A stretch of 64,000 bases of DNA from Gammaproteobacteria bacterium. Lineage in GTDB: Bacteria > Pseudomonadota > Gammaproteobacteria > Natronospirales > REEB76. Under the pieces are notes generated by a model, which was not told the DNA's origin, made no database searches, and saw only the letters and a list, made by a program, of their open reading frames with translations. The DNA lies in contig DASVOS010000013.1 in assembly GCA_036383255.1 (NCBI GenBank), positions 169,178 through 233,177 on the forward strand. Direction: 5' to 3'. Below, in pieces: positions 55,403 to 64,000 of the stretch (positions are counted from its first letter, which is position 1; each line of letters opens with the position of its first letter). A program made the translations under genes and the position numbers.

Positions 55403-56819
55403 ATGCCAGCGCGTCGTGCAGGGCGCGTCGCCAGCGCCGCTCCCGGGCGGCGAGTTGCTCGTCACCCTGTGGGTCAAAACGCATGGCGGTCCCCTGCGGC
55501 ACACGCTCGAGTCCGCCCGCGAGCCAGGCGAGCCCCAGCGCCGTCGCCTCGTGCATCTCGGGGCGCTCTACCGGCAGGCCCGCGAGATCCGCGAGCCGCT
55601 GGCACAGGCCGTCGAGCTGCGCCAGTCCGCCGCTGACCTGGATGCGCCGGAACGCCATGCCCGCGCCTCGCATACGCTGCAGGTTCGCATGCAGCAGGAA
55701 CACCACGCTCTCGACGGCTGCCGCCAGCTTCTGCCTCGCATCGCCGCGGCCGATGAAGCGGGAACGGAAGTGGGGTTGCCAGTAGGGCGCCCCCAGGCCG
55801 CCGACGCCGTTCAGGAACAGCGGCGGCTCCTCCGCCGCGGCCAACGCCGCGGGTAATAGGCGCAGCGCCGTGGCCGGTCTCATGCCGAGTTGCGCCGCCA
55901 CCGCGTCCAGCGCTGCACCGGCGCCGTTCACGGTACCCTCCAGCGCGAACAGCGCGCCGCGCTTGGGATCGCGCCACAGCAGGCTCTGCAGCAGGCCTGG
56001 CACGCGCCGTTCACTCAAGGCCTGCACGAAGGCGCCGGTGCCGATGTTGATGTAGGCGATGCCCCGTTCCGGTTCGCCCCGGGCGAACAGCGCGGCAGGT
56101 TGGTCTCCCGTGACCACCGTGAGAGGCAGGGTACGGCCCGCGAGCCGCAGTGTGCCGAAGCGGTGATGGTTCGGCACGCAGTCCGGCAGGATCTCGTGCG
56201 GCACGCCGAACAACCCGCAGAGCTTGGCCGACCATCCGCCGCGGCGGATGTCCATGAGCTGGGTGCGGGCGCCGTTCACCGGATCCGCGACGCAGACTCG
56301 TTCCTCGGTCAGTCCGGCCACGAGATAGCTCGCCAGCGGTCCTGCCGCGAGATGGCCGCGCTGCATCGCCTGCCGGACCTCAGGCAAGTGCCGCAGGCAC
56401 CAGGCGATCTTGCTGGCGCCGTAGTGGGGCGAGAGCACCAGACCCGTGAGCCTGCGCACTTCCTGGGTGTGCGCTACGAGCGCCGCCACTTTGCGCACCG
56501 CGCGCCGGTCTTGCCAGGAGACCACCGGTGAGAGAGGCCGGCTGTTGCGCCGGTCCCAACAGGCGATGCTGGAGCGCTGGGTGGCGAGCGCCGCCGCCCG
56601 GATCTCCGTATCCGGCGGCAGCATGGCGATGGCCGCTTCCGCCGCCTGCCGCAGGGAGCGCAGCACCGCCTGGGGTGCATGCTCGACCCGGTCCCGGCCT
56701 TCGCGGCGGGTGGCGATGCGCCGCTCCGCCCGGGCCAGTACCGTGCCGGCGGGATCGAACAGCAAGGCCCGGCTGGCGTGTCCGCCCTGGTCCAACGCCA
56801 GCACACAACGGCGGGACAT
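55401..56819 (-). CDS. FGGY-family carbohydrate kinase (divergent glycerol-kinase-like)
   Basis: The ORF-track entry 55401..57146 is trimmed to ATG at 56819 (472 aa). N-terminal LALDQGGHASRALLFD (actin-fold phosphate-1 motif) and GDQPAAL in the second domain. Confidence 0.8.
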   Translation of the reverse strand: MSRRCVLALDQGGHASRALLFDPAGTVLARAERRIATRREGRDRVEHAPQAVLRSLRQAAEAAIAMLPPDTEIRAAALATQRSSIACWDRRNSRPLSPVVSWQDRRAVRKVAALVAHTQEVRRLTGLVLSPHYGASKIAWCLRHLPEVRQAMQRGHLAAGPLASYLVAGLTEERVCVADPVNGARTQLMDIRRGGWSAKLCGLFGVPHEILPDCVPNHHRFGTLRLAGRTLPLTVVTGDQPAALFARGEPERGIAYINIGTGAFVQALSERRVPGLLQSLLWRDPKRGALFALEGTVNGAGAALDAVAAQLGMRPATALRLLPAALAAAEEPPLFLNGVGGLGAPYWQPHFRSRFIGRGDARQKLAAAVESVVFLLHANLQRMRGAGMAFRRIQVSGGLAQLDGLCQRLADLAGLPVERPEMHEATALGLAWLAGGLERVPQGTAMRFDPQGDEQLAARERRWRRALHDALA

Positions 56820-56820
56820 G

Positions 56821-57996
56821 TCAGTCGGCCGGCCGCAGGGGCAGGGCGCGGGTATCGCCGTGGGGAGTCCGATCAGGCAGGCTGCCACGGATCTTCGCCA
56901 GCACTTTCTGTGCATCCGCCCGGTACGAAGTGAGCTTGCCGCCGTAGAGGCCGATGAGCCGCGGGCGCGCCACGCGGTCAGTCTCCAGGATGAGCTCGCG
57001 GCCGCGCTCGAAAGGGCGGGCTTCGTCGCGGGGCAGGACTCGCAGGCCCGCGAAGGCGCCGAGCTCCCGGAACGCCTGACGCGGGAAATAGTGCTGCACC
57101 ACCTGGCGCAGGTATTCCCGCTCCTGCTCGCTGGGGGCGACCGCACCGGGCTCGCGTCCAGGGAAAGGCGTCTCGGTGGTGCCCATCAGGCTCTGGCCGT
57201 TCCAAGGCATGAGGAACACCGCGCGCCCGTCCCGCGGCACCTCCATATAGAAGATCCCTTCGCGGCTGGGGATGTCCACCAGGATGTGGGTACCCTGCAC
57301 CAGCTCGCTGTGCACATGGGAAACGAACGAGGGGATGCGCCCGGCCACGCCGGCGACCCAAGGGCCGGCAGCGTTCACCAGTACCCGCGCCCGGCATTCC
57401 GAATGCCGGCCCGCTTGCTCGTAACGCACCGTCACCCCATCTTCCTGCAGCTCGGCGCCCAGGAAGCATGCCGGCATGCAGAGTTCGGCGCCCAGGTCCT
57501 GCGCGGATCGCAGCACCGCGCGGGTGAGGGCGGCATCATCCGTCTGGGCGTCCCAGTACTGGAACACCTTGCGCAGCCCCTCGGTCTTCAATCCTCCCAG
57601 GGCATCCCATTCCCGGCGCGGCAGCGTGCGGAAGCGGGCGTGATGCCCGGACCCTGCCAGCAGTGCGTAGAGGCTCAAGCCCGCGTAGAGCTGCCAGGGC
57701 CGGCGGCGGGTATCGCCATAGAGCGGGATATAGAAAGGCTTGATCCGCACCAGTTCCGGCGCGAGCCGGAGCAGGAGTTCCCGTTCCTGCAGGCATTCAC
57801 GCACCAGCCCCAGCTGGAACTGTTCGAGGTAGCGCAGGCCGCCATGGATGAGCTTGCTGGAACGGCTGGAGGTGCCATGGGCCACCCCATCCTTTTCCAG
57901 TAGCCGCACGCTGTAGCCGGCGGCGGCGGCGGCCTGGGCCACACCGGCACCATGGATGCCGGCGCCGACGATGACGAGGTCCAGGAGTTCAGGCAT
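56821..57996 (-). CDS. FAD-dependent glycerol-3-phosphate dehydrogenase/oxidase-like (short GlpD type)
   Basis: 391 aa. DLVIVGAGIHGAGVA FAD fold and GTSSRSSKLIHGGLRYLE, a hallmark of GlpD/GlpO. Lacks the roughly 100-aa C-terminal domain of E. coli GlpD. Confidence 0.82.
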   Translation of the reverse strand: MPELLDLVIVGAGIHGAGVAQAAAAAGYSVRLLEKDGVAHGTSSRSSKLIHGGLRYLEQFQLGLVRECLQERELLLRLAPELVRIKPFYIPLYGDTRRRPWQLYAGLSLYALLAGSGHHARFRTLPRREWDALGGLKTEGLRKVFQYWDAQTDDAALTRAVLRSAQDLGAELCMPACFLGAELQEDGVTVRYEQAGRHSECRARVLVNAAGPWVAGVAGRIPSFVSHVHSELVQGTHILVDIPSREGIFYMEVPRDGRAVFLMPWNGQSLMGTTETPFPGREPGAVAPSEQEREYLRQVVQHYFPRQAFRELGAFAGLRVLPRDEARPFERGRELILETDRVARPRLIGLYGGKLTSYRADAQKVLAKIRGSLPDRTPHGDTRALPLRPAD

Positions 57997-58726
57997 AGGC
58001 TTTCAGCATGTCGCCGATGGCATCGGTCTCCACGAGATCCGCACCCTGTTCCGTGAGCGCCACCGCCCGGGCCGGGTCCTGCACCTGGTACACCGCCCAC
58101 TGCCAGTCGCCCTTGAGGTTCGCCAGGGCTTCGGTGAAGAGGCGGGTGCCGGCGAAGAGGTATTCTGGCTGGAACTCGGCGGCGAGCTTCGCGGTGGCGA
58201 GGCTCGCATCTTCCAGCGCCCAGCCTACCGGACCCGCGCCCATCTGCCGTGCGAGCTTCAATGACAGCGCATCGAAGGAGATGATCACGCAGCGGTCCAG
58301 CACCGTTTTCACCGCCTGCATCACCTGCTGCACCACCGCCTCGTGGCCGAAGTGCTCCAGGCTCTCGGACTTGATCTCGATGAAGCCCTGCACGCCCTGG
58401 TGGCGGGACAGATACTCCGTGAGCTCGGTGAGGTGCGTGGGGTGGGTGCCGGCGTACTTGGCGCCGAAACGCCAGGCCTCGCCCACGTCGACCGAGGCGA
58501 GCGACTTCGAGTCCATCTCCATGATGAGCCGGTCAAGGCCCGCGGTGCGGTGCAGCGAGCCGTCGTGGCACAGGAAGGGTACGAGGTCGGAGGAGAGCTG
58601 CACATCGCACTCGAACCAGGGCGCGCCGGCTTCCACCGCCGCCTGGATGCCGACCAGCGTGTTCTCCGGATAGCGCGCGGGGTAGCCGCGGTGTGCCACC
58701 AGGGTGGGCACGGTCTTGCTCGCCAT
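57989..58726 (-). CDS. glycerophosphodiester phosphodiesterase (cytoplasmic UgpQ-like)
   Basis: 245 aa. GDPD signature VAHRGYPARYPENT ... ECDVQLS.D..P...HD. No signal peptide. Confidence 0.87.
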   Translation of the reverse strand: MASKTVPTLVAHRGYPARYPENTLVGIQAAVEAGAPWFECDVQLSSDLVPFLCHDGSLHRTAGLDRLIMEMDSKSLASVDVGEAWRFGAKYAGTHPTHLTELTEYLSRHQGVQGFIEIKSESLEHFGHEAVVQQVMQAVKTVLDRCVIISFDALSLKLARQMGAGPVGWALEDASLATAKLAAEFQPEYLFAGTRLFTEALANLKGDWQWAVYQVQDPARAVALTEQGADLVETDAIGDMLKAYA

Positions 58727-58745
58727 GGGTCACCGAGTAGGAGGA

Positions 58746-59972
58746 CTACTCGTATCTTAACGCGTCTATGGGATCCAATGCCGCTGCCTTCGCGGCGGGG
58801 GCGATGCCGAAGATGACGCCGATGCTGGTGGAGAAACCGATGGACACCAGCGCCGCCCACATCGGCACGTGGGCGCCGCGGAACGAGGGCACGGCATAGA
58901 CGATGAGCGTGCCGATGGCATAGCCCAGGATCAGCCCGATGATGCCGCCCAGCATGGAGAGCGCCACCGCCTCCAGCAGGAACTGCACCAGGATGTCGCT
59001 GCGCCGGGCGCCGAGGCTCTTGAGGATCCCGATCTCGCGGGTGCGCTCGGTGACCGAGACCAGCATGATGTTCATGATGCCGATGCCGCCTACCAGCAGC
59101 GACACGCCGACGATCCCGCCCAGCACGACGGTCAGCATGTTGAGGATGCTGTTGAAGGAGTCCGTCACCTGGGAAGCGGTCTGCACCTTGAAGTCGTCGT
59201 CTTGGCTCGTCTTGAGCTTGTGGCGGCGGCGCAGGAGCTGGCGTACCCGCTCCTTGGTGGCGTCCATCTGGGTGACGTCGTTGACCTTGAGCTGGACGAT
59301 GATGTCTTCCTTGGTGGCGCCGCCCAGCAGGGTGTGGGCCGTGCCATAGGGGATCAGTACCTTGTCGTCCTGGTCGTTGCCGAGTATCGAGCCCTGCTTG
59401 TGCAGCACGCCCACGATCTTGAACCACTGTCCGCCGACCTGGAAATAGGTGCCTATGGGATCCGCCGGCAGGTGCAGGTGGTCTATCACCGTCGCGCCGA
59501 TGATGGCCACGCGCCGGTGCGAGAGGTCGTCGCCGGGGGTGATGAAGCGGCCGCTCTCGGGGTAGTCGCTGAACACCTGGGCATAGGCCTGGGTCACGCC
59601 CAGGAGGCGCGAGGAGCTGGCCTGGCCCTTGTACTCGATCGAGCTGCCGAACTGGCCCACCTGCAGCAGCGGCGTGAGACCGCTCACGCCCGGCACCTCA
59701 TGCTGGATCGCCAGCATGTCCTCAGGCGAGATGCGCGCCTGCTTGCCCTGCAGGATCTGCTTGAAGGGCAGATAGGAGGACACGGTGAGGCTGTCGGTGC
59801 CGAAGCCGGCGAACTGGCTGCTGATGGACTGGCTGAAGCCCTGGATCAGGGACACCACCGTGACCACCGCCATCACGCCGATGATGATGCCCAGGGTGGT
59901 GAGGAAGCTGCGGAGCTTGTGCGCGCGGATCGCGTACAGGGCGGAACGGACGCTTTCGGTGAGGGCGTGCAC
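58746..59972 (-). CDS. ABC transporter permease, MacB/LolC-type (MacB periplasmic domain + FtsX), paralogue 1
   Basis: 408 aa (GTG start). FtsX-domain motif [23 protein letters not shown]. Same length as the upstream paralogue, with an identical C-terminal 20 aa. Confidence 0.9.
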   Translation of the reverse strand: MHALTESVRSALYAIRAHKLRSFLTTLGIIIGVMAVVTVVSLIQGFSQSISSQFAGFGTDSLTVSSYLPFKQILQGKQARISPEDMLAIQHEVPGVSGLTPLLQVGQFGSSIEYKGQASSSRLLGVTQAYAQVFSDYPESGRFITPGDDLSHRRVAIIGATVIDHLHLPADPIGTYFQVGGQWFKIVGVLHKQGSILGNDQDDKVLIPYGTAHTLLGGATKEDIIVQLKVNDVTQMDATKERVRQLLRRRHKLKTSQDDDFKVQTASQVTDSFNSILNMLTVVLGGIVGVSLLVGGIGIMNIMLVSVTERTREIGILKSLGARRSDILVQFLLEAVALSMLGGIIGLILGYAIGTLIVYAVPSFRGAHVPMWAALVSIGFSTSIGVIFGIAPAAKAAALDPIDALRYE

Positions 59973-59976
59973 GGCG

Positions 59977-61203
59977 CTACTCGTAGCGCAGCGCGTCGAT
60001 GGGATCGAGCGCGGCGGCCTTGGCGGCGGGTGCGATGCCGAAGATGATGCCCACGCCCATGGAGAAGCCCATGGCCAGCGCCACCGTCCAGAGCGGCACG
60101 TAGGCGCCCTCGAACGCAGGCACCAGCTTCACCACCATGAGGCCGATGCCATAGCCGAGTGCCAGCCCGATGAGCCCGCCCAGGAGCGACAGCGTGACCG
60201 CCTCGATCAGGAACTGCAGCAGGATGTCGCTGCGCCGGGCGCCGAGGCTCTTCAAGATGCCGATCTCGCGGGTGCGTTCGGTCACCGACACCAACATGAT
60301 GTTCATGATGCCGATGCCGCCCACCAGCAGTGCGATGCTGACGATGCCGCCCAGGATCACGCTCGCGGCGTTGAAGATCTGGTTGATGCTGTCGGCGAGC
60401 TGGGCCGCGGTCTGGACCTTGAAATCGTCGTCCTGGCCGGGCTTGAGGCCGTGCTGGCGCCGCAGCACGGTGGTGATGCGACCCTTGATCTCGTCCAGCT
60501 GCTTGACGTCGTTCACGTCCATGTCGATCTGGATGCTGGGGTTGGTGGCGCCGCCGAGCAGGCTGTGGGCGGTGCCGAAGGGGATGTAGATGCGCGAGTC
60601 CTGGTCGAAGCCGAGGAACGAGCCCAGCTCCTTGAGCACGCCGACCACCTTGAACCACTGGCCGAACATCTGGATGAAGCGGCCTTCCGGGTTGTCACCG
60701 AGCTGGAGGTCCTTCACCACGCTCGCGCCCACCACGGCGACCCGCCGGTGCGCGAAGTCGTCGCTGGGGGTGATATAGCGCCCCCGCACCGGGTAGAACT
60801 CGGTGTTCTCGGCGTGGGTGTAGGTGGTGCCGGCGATCAGGGAGTAGGTGGATTGGCCCTGGTACTGCACCTGGCCGTTCAGGAACGCGATGATCAGTAC
60901 CGGCGTGATGCGGCTGATGCCCGGCACTTCGTGCTGGATGGCCAGCAGGTCCTCGGTGGTGATCTTGGCGGTCTTGCCGGCCAACTGGTCGTTGCGTGAG
61001 ACGTAGGCGTTCACGAATACCGTGTTCGAGCCCATGCCGCGGAAGTTGGCCGAGAGGGCGAGGCTGAAGCCCTGCAGCAGCGACACCACCGCGATCACCG
61101 ACATCACGCCGATGATGATGCCGAGGGTGGTGAGCACGCTGCGCAGCTTGTGGGCGAAGATCGCCGTGAAGGCCGCGCGGAGGCTTTCGAGGAAGTTAGA
61201 CAC
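59977..61203 (-). CDS. ABC transporter permease, MacB/LolC-type, paralogue 2
   Basis: 408 aa with the same architecture and the same [20 protein letters not shown] motif. Confidence 0.9.
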   Translation of the reverse strand: MSNFLESLRAAFTAIFAHKLRSVLTTLGIIIGVMSVIAVVSLLQGFSLALSANFRGMGSNTVFVNAYVSRNDQLAGKTAKITTEDLLAIQHEVPGISRITPVLIIAFLNGQVQYQGQSTYSLIAGTTYTHAENTEFYPVRGRYITPSDDFAHRRVAVVGASVVKDLQLGDNPEGRFIQMFGQWFKVVGVLKELGSFLGFDQDSRIYIPFGTAHSLLGGATNPSIQIDMDVNDVKQLDEIKGRITTVLRRQHGLKPGQDDDFKVQTAAQLADSINQIFNAASVILGGIVSIALLVGGIGIMNIMLVSVTERTREIGILKSLGARRSDILLQFLIEAVTLSLLGGLIGLALGYGIGLMVVKLVPAFEGAYVPLWTVALAMGFSMGVGIIFGIAPAAKAAALDPIDALRYE

Positions 61204-61921
61204 GGGCCCCGCCCTTGGTCGGCTTGGGCTGGTTGACGGTGTCGCTGGTGATCTTGCCGTCCTTGATGCGGATGACCCGGCGGCAATGGTTGGCGATGTC
61301 CTGGTCGTGGGTCACCACGATGATGGTGTTGCCGCTCTGGTGCAGCACGTCGAACATCGCCATCACGTCGCGGGCGGTGTTCGAATCCAGGTTGCCGGTG
61401 GGCTCGTCCGCCAGCAGGATCGAGGGCTTGCCGACCAGCGCCCGGGCGATGGCCACGCGCTGGCGCTGGCCGCCGGAGAGCTGGTTGGGCAGGTGATGGA
61501 GGCGTTCGCCCAGGCCGACCTGTTCCAGGGCCTCGGTGGCGATGCGCTTGCGCTCGGCATAGGGGATGCCGCGATAGATGAGCGGCTGCATCACGTTGTG
61601 CAGGGCGTCGGAGCGTCCCAGCAGGTTGAAGTTCTGGAAGATGAAGCCGATCTCGCGGTTGCGGATGCGCGCCAGCGCGTTGTCGTCCAGCTCCGCCACC
61701 GGCGTGCCGTTCAGCACGTACTCACCGGAGGTGGGCTTGTCCAGGCAGCCCACGATATTCATGAGCGTGGACTTGCCCGAGCCGGAGGGGCCGATGAACG
61801 CAGCGTATTCGTTGCGCGCGATGCTGAGGTCGATCCCGTCGAGCGCGTTCAGCACCGCGTCACCCATCACGTAGCGCTTGGTGACGGCGCGCAGTTCCAG
61901 GACCGTGTCGGTGCTCATCAC
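61196..61921 (-). CDS. ABC transporter ATP-binding protein (MacB/LolD-type)
   Basis: 241 aa. Walker [10 protein letters not shown], signature [15 protein letters not shown], Walker [13 protein letters not shown]. Confidence 0.93.
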   Translation of the reverse strand: MMSTDTVLELRAVTKRYVMGDAVLNALDGIDLSIARNEYAAFIGPSGSGKSTLMNIVGCLDKPTSGEYVLNGTPVAELDDNALARIRNREIGFIFQNFNLLGRSDALHNVMQPLIYRGIPYAERKRIATEALEQVGLGERLHHLPNQLSGGQRQRVAIARALVGKPSILLADEPTGNLDSNTARDVMAMFDVLHQSGNTIIVVTHDQDIANHCRRVIRIKDGKITSDTVNQPKPTKGGARV

Positions 61922-63153
61922 GGGGTCTTCTTGGCGTCGCCCTTGCTGGCCGCGGCCGGTGCCACCGTCACGCTGGTCCCATCCGCCAGGTGATGGAGGG
62001 TCTGGTAGGAGCCGCTCACGACGGTGTCCCCCTGCCGCAGGCCCGAGGTGACCGCCTGGTAAGCGTCGCTGGAGACGCCGGTGGTCACCGGGGTCTTCTG
62101 CGCCTTGCCGTCCACGACCTTGTACACGTAGGCGCCGGAGGTGGGCTCCAGGCTCTTGGAGCCGGGGTCGTTCTCGTAGAGGATCGCCTGCACCGGCACC
62201 GAGAGCGTGCCGGGCGTGCTCTGGGTGAAGATCTCGGCGCGCGTGCTCATGCCGGGCTTGAGCACCGCGAGGTCCTTGTCCGTGATGGCGATCTTCACCT
62301 CGAAGGTGCGGCCCTGGCTGGCGCTGGCGGTGAGACTGTTGCTGGTGTCCGTCACCGAGGAGGCGACGAACTGCACCTTGCCGTGCAGGGTGCGGTCAGG
62401 GAAAGAGACCGCGTCGATGTTGGCGTCTTCGCCCAGCTTGACGTTGGCGATGTCGGCTTCGTCCACCTGCACATCGGCCAACACCTCGGAGGGGTCGGCG
62501 ATGTCCATGAGCGTGGAACCGGCGATGTTGGTGCCGGTGATCACGGTCTCGCCCACCTTCACCGGCAGGCTGGTGATCATGCCGTTGATGGGGGAGGTGA
62601 TGACGGTCTTGTTGAGGTTCTGCTGCGACTGGGTGAGTTCGGCCTGGGCGATCTCCAGTGCCTGCTGCCGCGCCTCCAGCTCGCTGTCGGCGAGATCGAG
62701 CTGGTTCTTGAGGTTATCGAAGCTGTTGGCGTCCACCAGGTGCTGCTTGTAGAGCTGCTGCTGGCGGTTGAACTGCAGCTGCAGGTTGGCGACCGTGAGC
62801 TTCTGGCCCTGGATCGCGATCTGCGCCTGCTGCACTGCCGCCTGCTGCTGCAGCACCTGGGCCTTGAAGATCTCCGGATCGAGCCTGAGCACGACCTGGC
62901 CCTTGTGCACCCGCTGACCCTCGACCACCGGGATCTCGCTGATCTTGCCGATCACCTCGGGCTTGAGCTCCACCGGGTCCTTGTACTGCAGCTCGCCGGA
63001 AGCCAGGATCGAACTGCGGATGGTGCGAGCCTCGACCTGGGCGGTCTCGACCTGCACGCCGCGGCTGCGCCCGGCGGTGCGGCTGATCACGATGATGAGC
63101 ACCAGCCCGCCGGCGATCGCCAAGGCAGTCCAGAGTTTGCGTTTGTTGGCCAT
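61918..63153 (-). CDS. periplasmic adaptor (HlyD/MacA-type membrane fusion protein)
   Basis: 411 aa. N-terminal anchor, lipoyl/beta-barrel halves flanking a long coiled-coil ([14 protein letters not shown]...[16 protein letters not shown]). Confidence 0.9.
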   Translation of the reverse strand: MANKRKLWTALAIAGGLVLIIVISRTAGRSRGVQVETAQVEARTIRSSILASGELQYKDPVELKPEVIGKISEIPVVEGQRVHKGQVVLRLDPEIFKAQVLQQQAAVQQAQIAIQGQKLTVANLQLQFNRQQQLYKQHLVDANSFDNLKNQLDLADSELEARQQALEIAQAELTQSQQNLNKTVITSPINGMITSLPVKVGETVITGTNIAGSTLMDIADPSEVLADVQVDEADIANVKLGEDANIDAVSFPDRTLHGKVQFVASSVTDTSNSLTASASQGRTFEVKIAITDKDLAVLKPGMSTRAEIFTQSTPGTLSVPVQAILYENDPGSKSLEPTSGAYVYKVVDGKAQKTPVTTGVSSDAYQAVTSGLRQGDTVVSGSYQTLHHLADGTSVTVAPAAASKGDAKKTP

Positions 63154-63165
63154 GTATGTGCGCTT

Positions 63166-63876
63166 TTAGATGAGTTTGACCAGGATCCAGATGCCGTAGA
63201 TCAGGATGTGCGGGGCCAGCGCCAGGGCCGCGGACTTGCCCAGGCTCTGGCGCGTCCACTGCGAGAAGCCGATGACCAGCAGCGCGAAGCTCCAGAACGT
63301 GGTCAAGTGCAGGCTGTTGAGCAGGCCGAACCACGAGTCCTGCGGCGTGAGCTTGAAGAGCAGGGTGTTGAGCGAGGTCACGTCCAGCGAGGTGACGGCC
63401 GCCTGCTTCCCGCTTATCGCGTACATCACCGCGAAAGCCAGGTTGCCGAGCACGGAGGGCATGTAGGCCCAGCAGGTGAAGTTGAACCAGTTGCCGTAGC
63501 CCTGTACCTCGTATCCGCCGATCTTGCTCACCAGGAACAGGTACAGCGCCTGCACCAGGTAGATCAGCACCACGAAGATGGTGAGGAAGATGCAGGTCTG
63601 CATAAGGATGCCCTTGCGGGTCAGTCCGTTGCGGATCTGCTCCATCTGGTCGGCGCTGTAGTTGCGGCCGGCGATGTAATCCATGGTCTGCTGCTGGATC
63701 ACGCCCCAGTCGGCGGTGCCGTAATACCAGGCGAAGACCAGCAGCGCGCTGCCGATGCAGAGCAGCAGGGGGTACCAGAGCCAGCTGGTGTGGGGCCGCA
63801 CGTCGTCGAAGGTCTTGCGCGGCTCGAGGAAGATGTTGATGAGGCTGCCGAAAGCGGTCGGGCTGCTGTCGTTCAT
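63166..63876 (-). CDS. Yip1-domain integral membrane protein
   Basis: The ORF-track entry 63166..63936 is trimmed to ATG at 63876 (GGGGAG Shine-Dalgarno sequence), giving 236 aa. A cytoplasmic N-terminus followed by 5 TM helices in the Yip1 pattern. First gene of the exporter operon. Confidence 0.7.
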   Translation of the reverse strand: MNDSSPTAFGSLINIFLEPRKTFDDVRPHTSWLWYPLLLCIGSALLVFAWYYGTADWGVIQQQTMDYIAGRNYSADQMEQIRNGLTRKGILMQTCIFLTIFVVLIYLVQALYLFLVSKIGGYEVQGYGNWFNFTCWAYMPSVLGNLAFAVMYAISGKQAAVTSLDVTSLNTLLFKLTPQDSWFGLLNSLHLTTFWSFALLVIGFSQWTRQSLGKSAALALAPHILIYGIWILVKLI

Positions 63877-64000
63877 GATGACTCCCCGTATCTGTCTTGT
63901 TGGAAGGCCGCGCCTGGATCGGACTCCGATTCCCAATCAGACAATGCCGGGCGCGGCAGGTTCGGTGCGGAGGCGACGAACTGCATCAATCATAAGCAGG

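Overview
This is a 64-kb, densely coding, high-GC (roughly two-thirds G+C by eye) proteobacterial-type chromosomal segment. I call about 58 protein genes, mostly housekeeping or envelope and ion homeostasis, arranged in tight, often translationally coupled operons. From left to right: kbl-tdh; hslR-nudix-tfoX; a complete but rearranged 4-amino-arabinose lipid A modification (arn) operon with ArnA split into two genes and an extra lipoprotein gene; icd; a class-IV aminotransferase with a coupled P-loop-like gene; putA-sdaA; a CHASE-PAS-GGDEF-EAL sensor; a csoR-copA-outer-membrane-barrel copper module; an aldo/keto reductase; an arsR-SRPBCC-DUF1801-doxX operon divergent from lexA (tandem SOS boxes); kup-dedA; metF-metH; two small Asr-like His/Lys-rich secreted proteins; mgtA; pstCAB (no pstS or phoU) behind a Pho box; HD-GYP-arfB; an APC permease; GGDEF-DUF3301; a BON protein; an AlkA-like glycosylase with fadH; a lipoprotein; and an eight-gene minus-strand operon joining a Yip1 / MacA-like / ABC / two-FtsX-permease exporter to glycerophosphodiesterase, GlpD-like and FGGY-kinase genes. 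I found no rRNA, tRNA, CRISPR array, transposase, integrase, phage gene or recognisable defence gene. I did not find a clear-cut novel system, and most of the window looks like ordinary core genome. The observations most worth a second look are: (1) a dispersed intergenic repeat family made of hairpin trains, with three copies, two of them in inverted orientation bracketing pstCAB; (2) short TATATA-type AT islands written into coding sequence with rare codons; (3) a promoter plus terminator/anti-terminator arrangement ahead of metF-metH; (4) the copper ATPase coupled to an uncharacterised Met/His-rich outer-membrane protein; (5) the exporter/glycerophosphodiester operon; and (6) the unusual arn operon architecture. 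All functional calls rest on motif recognition by eye, and no database search was run.
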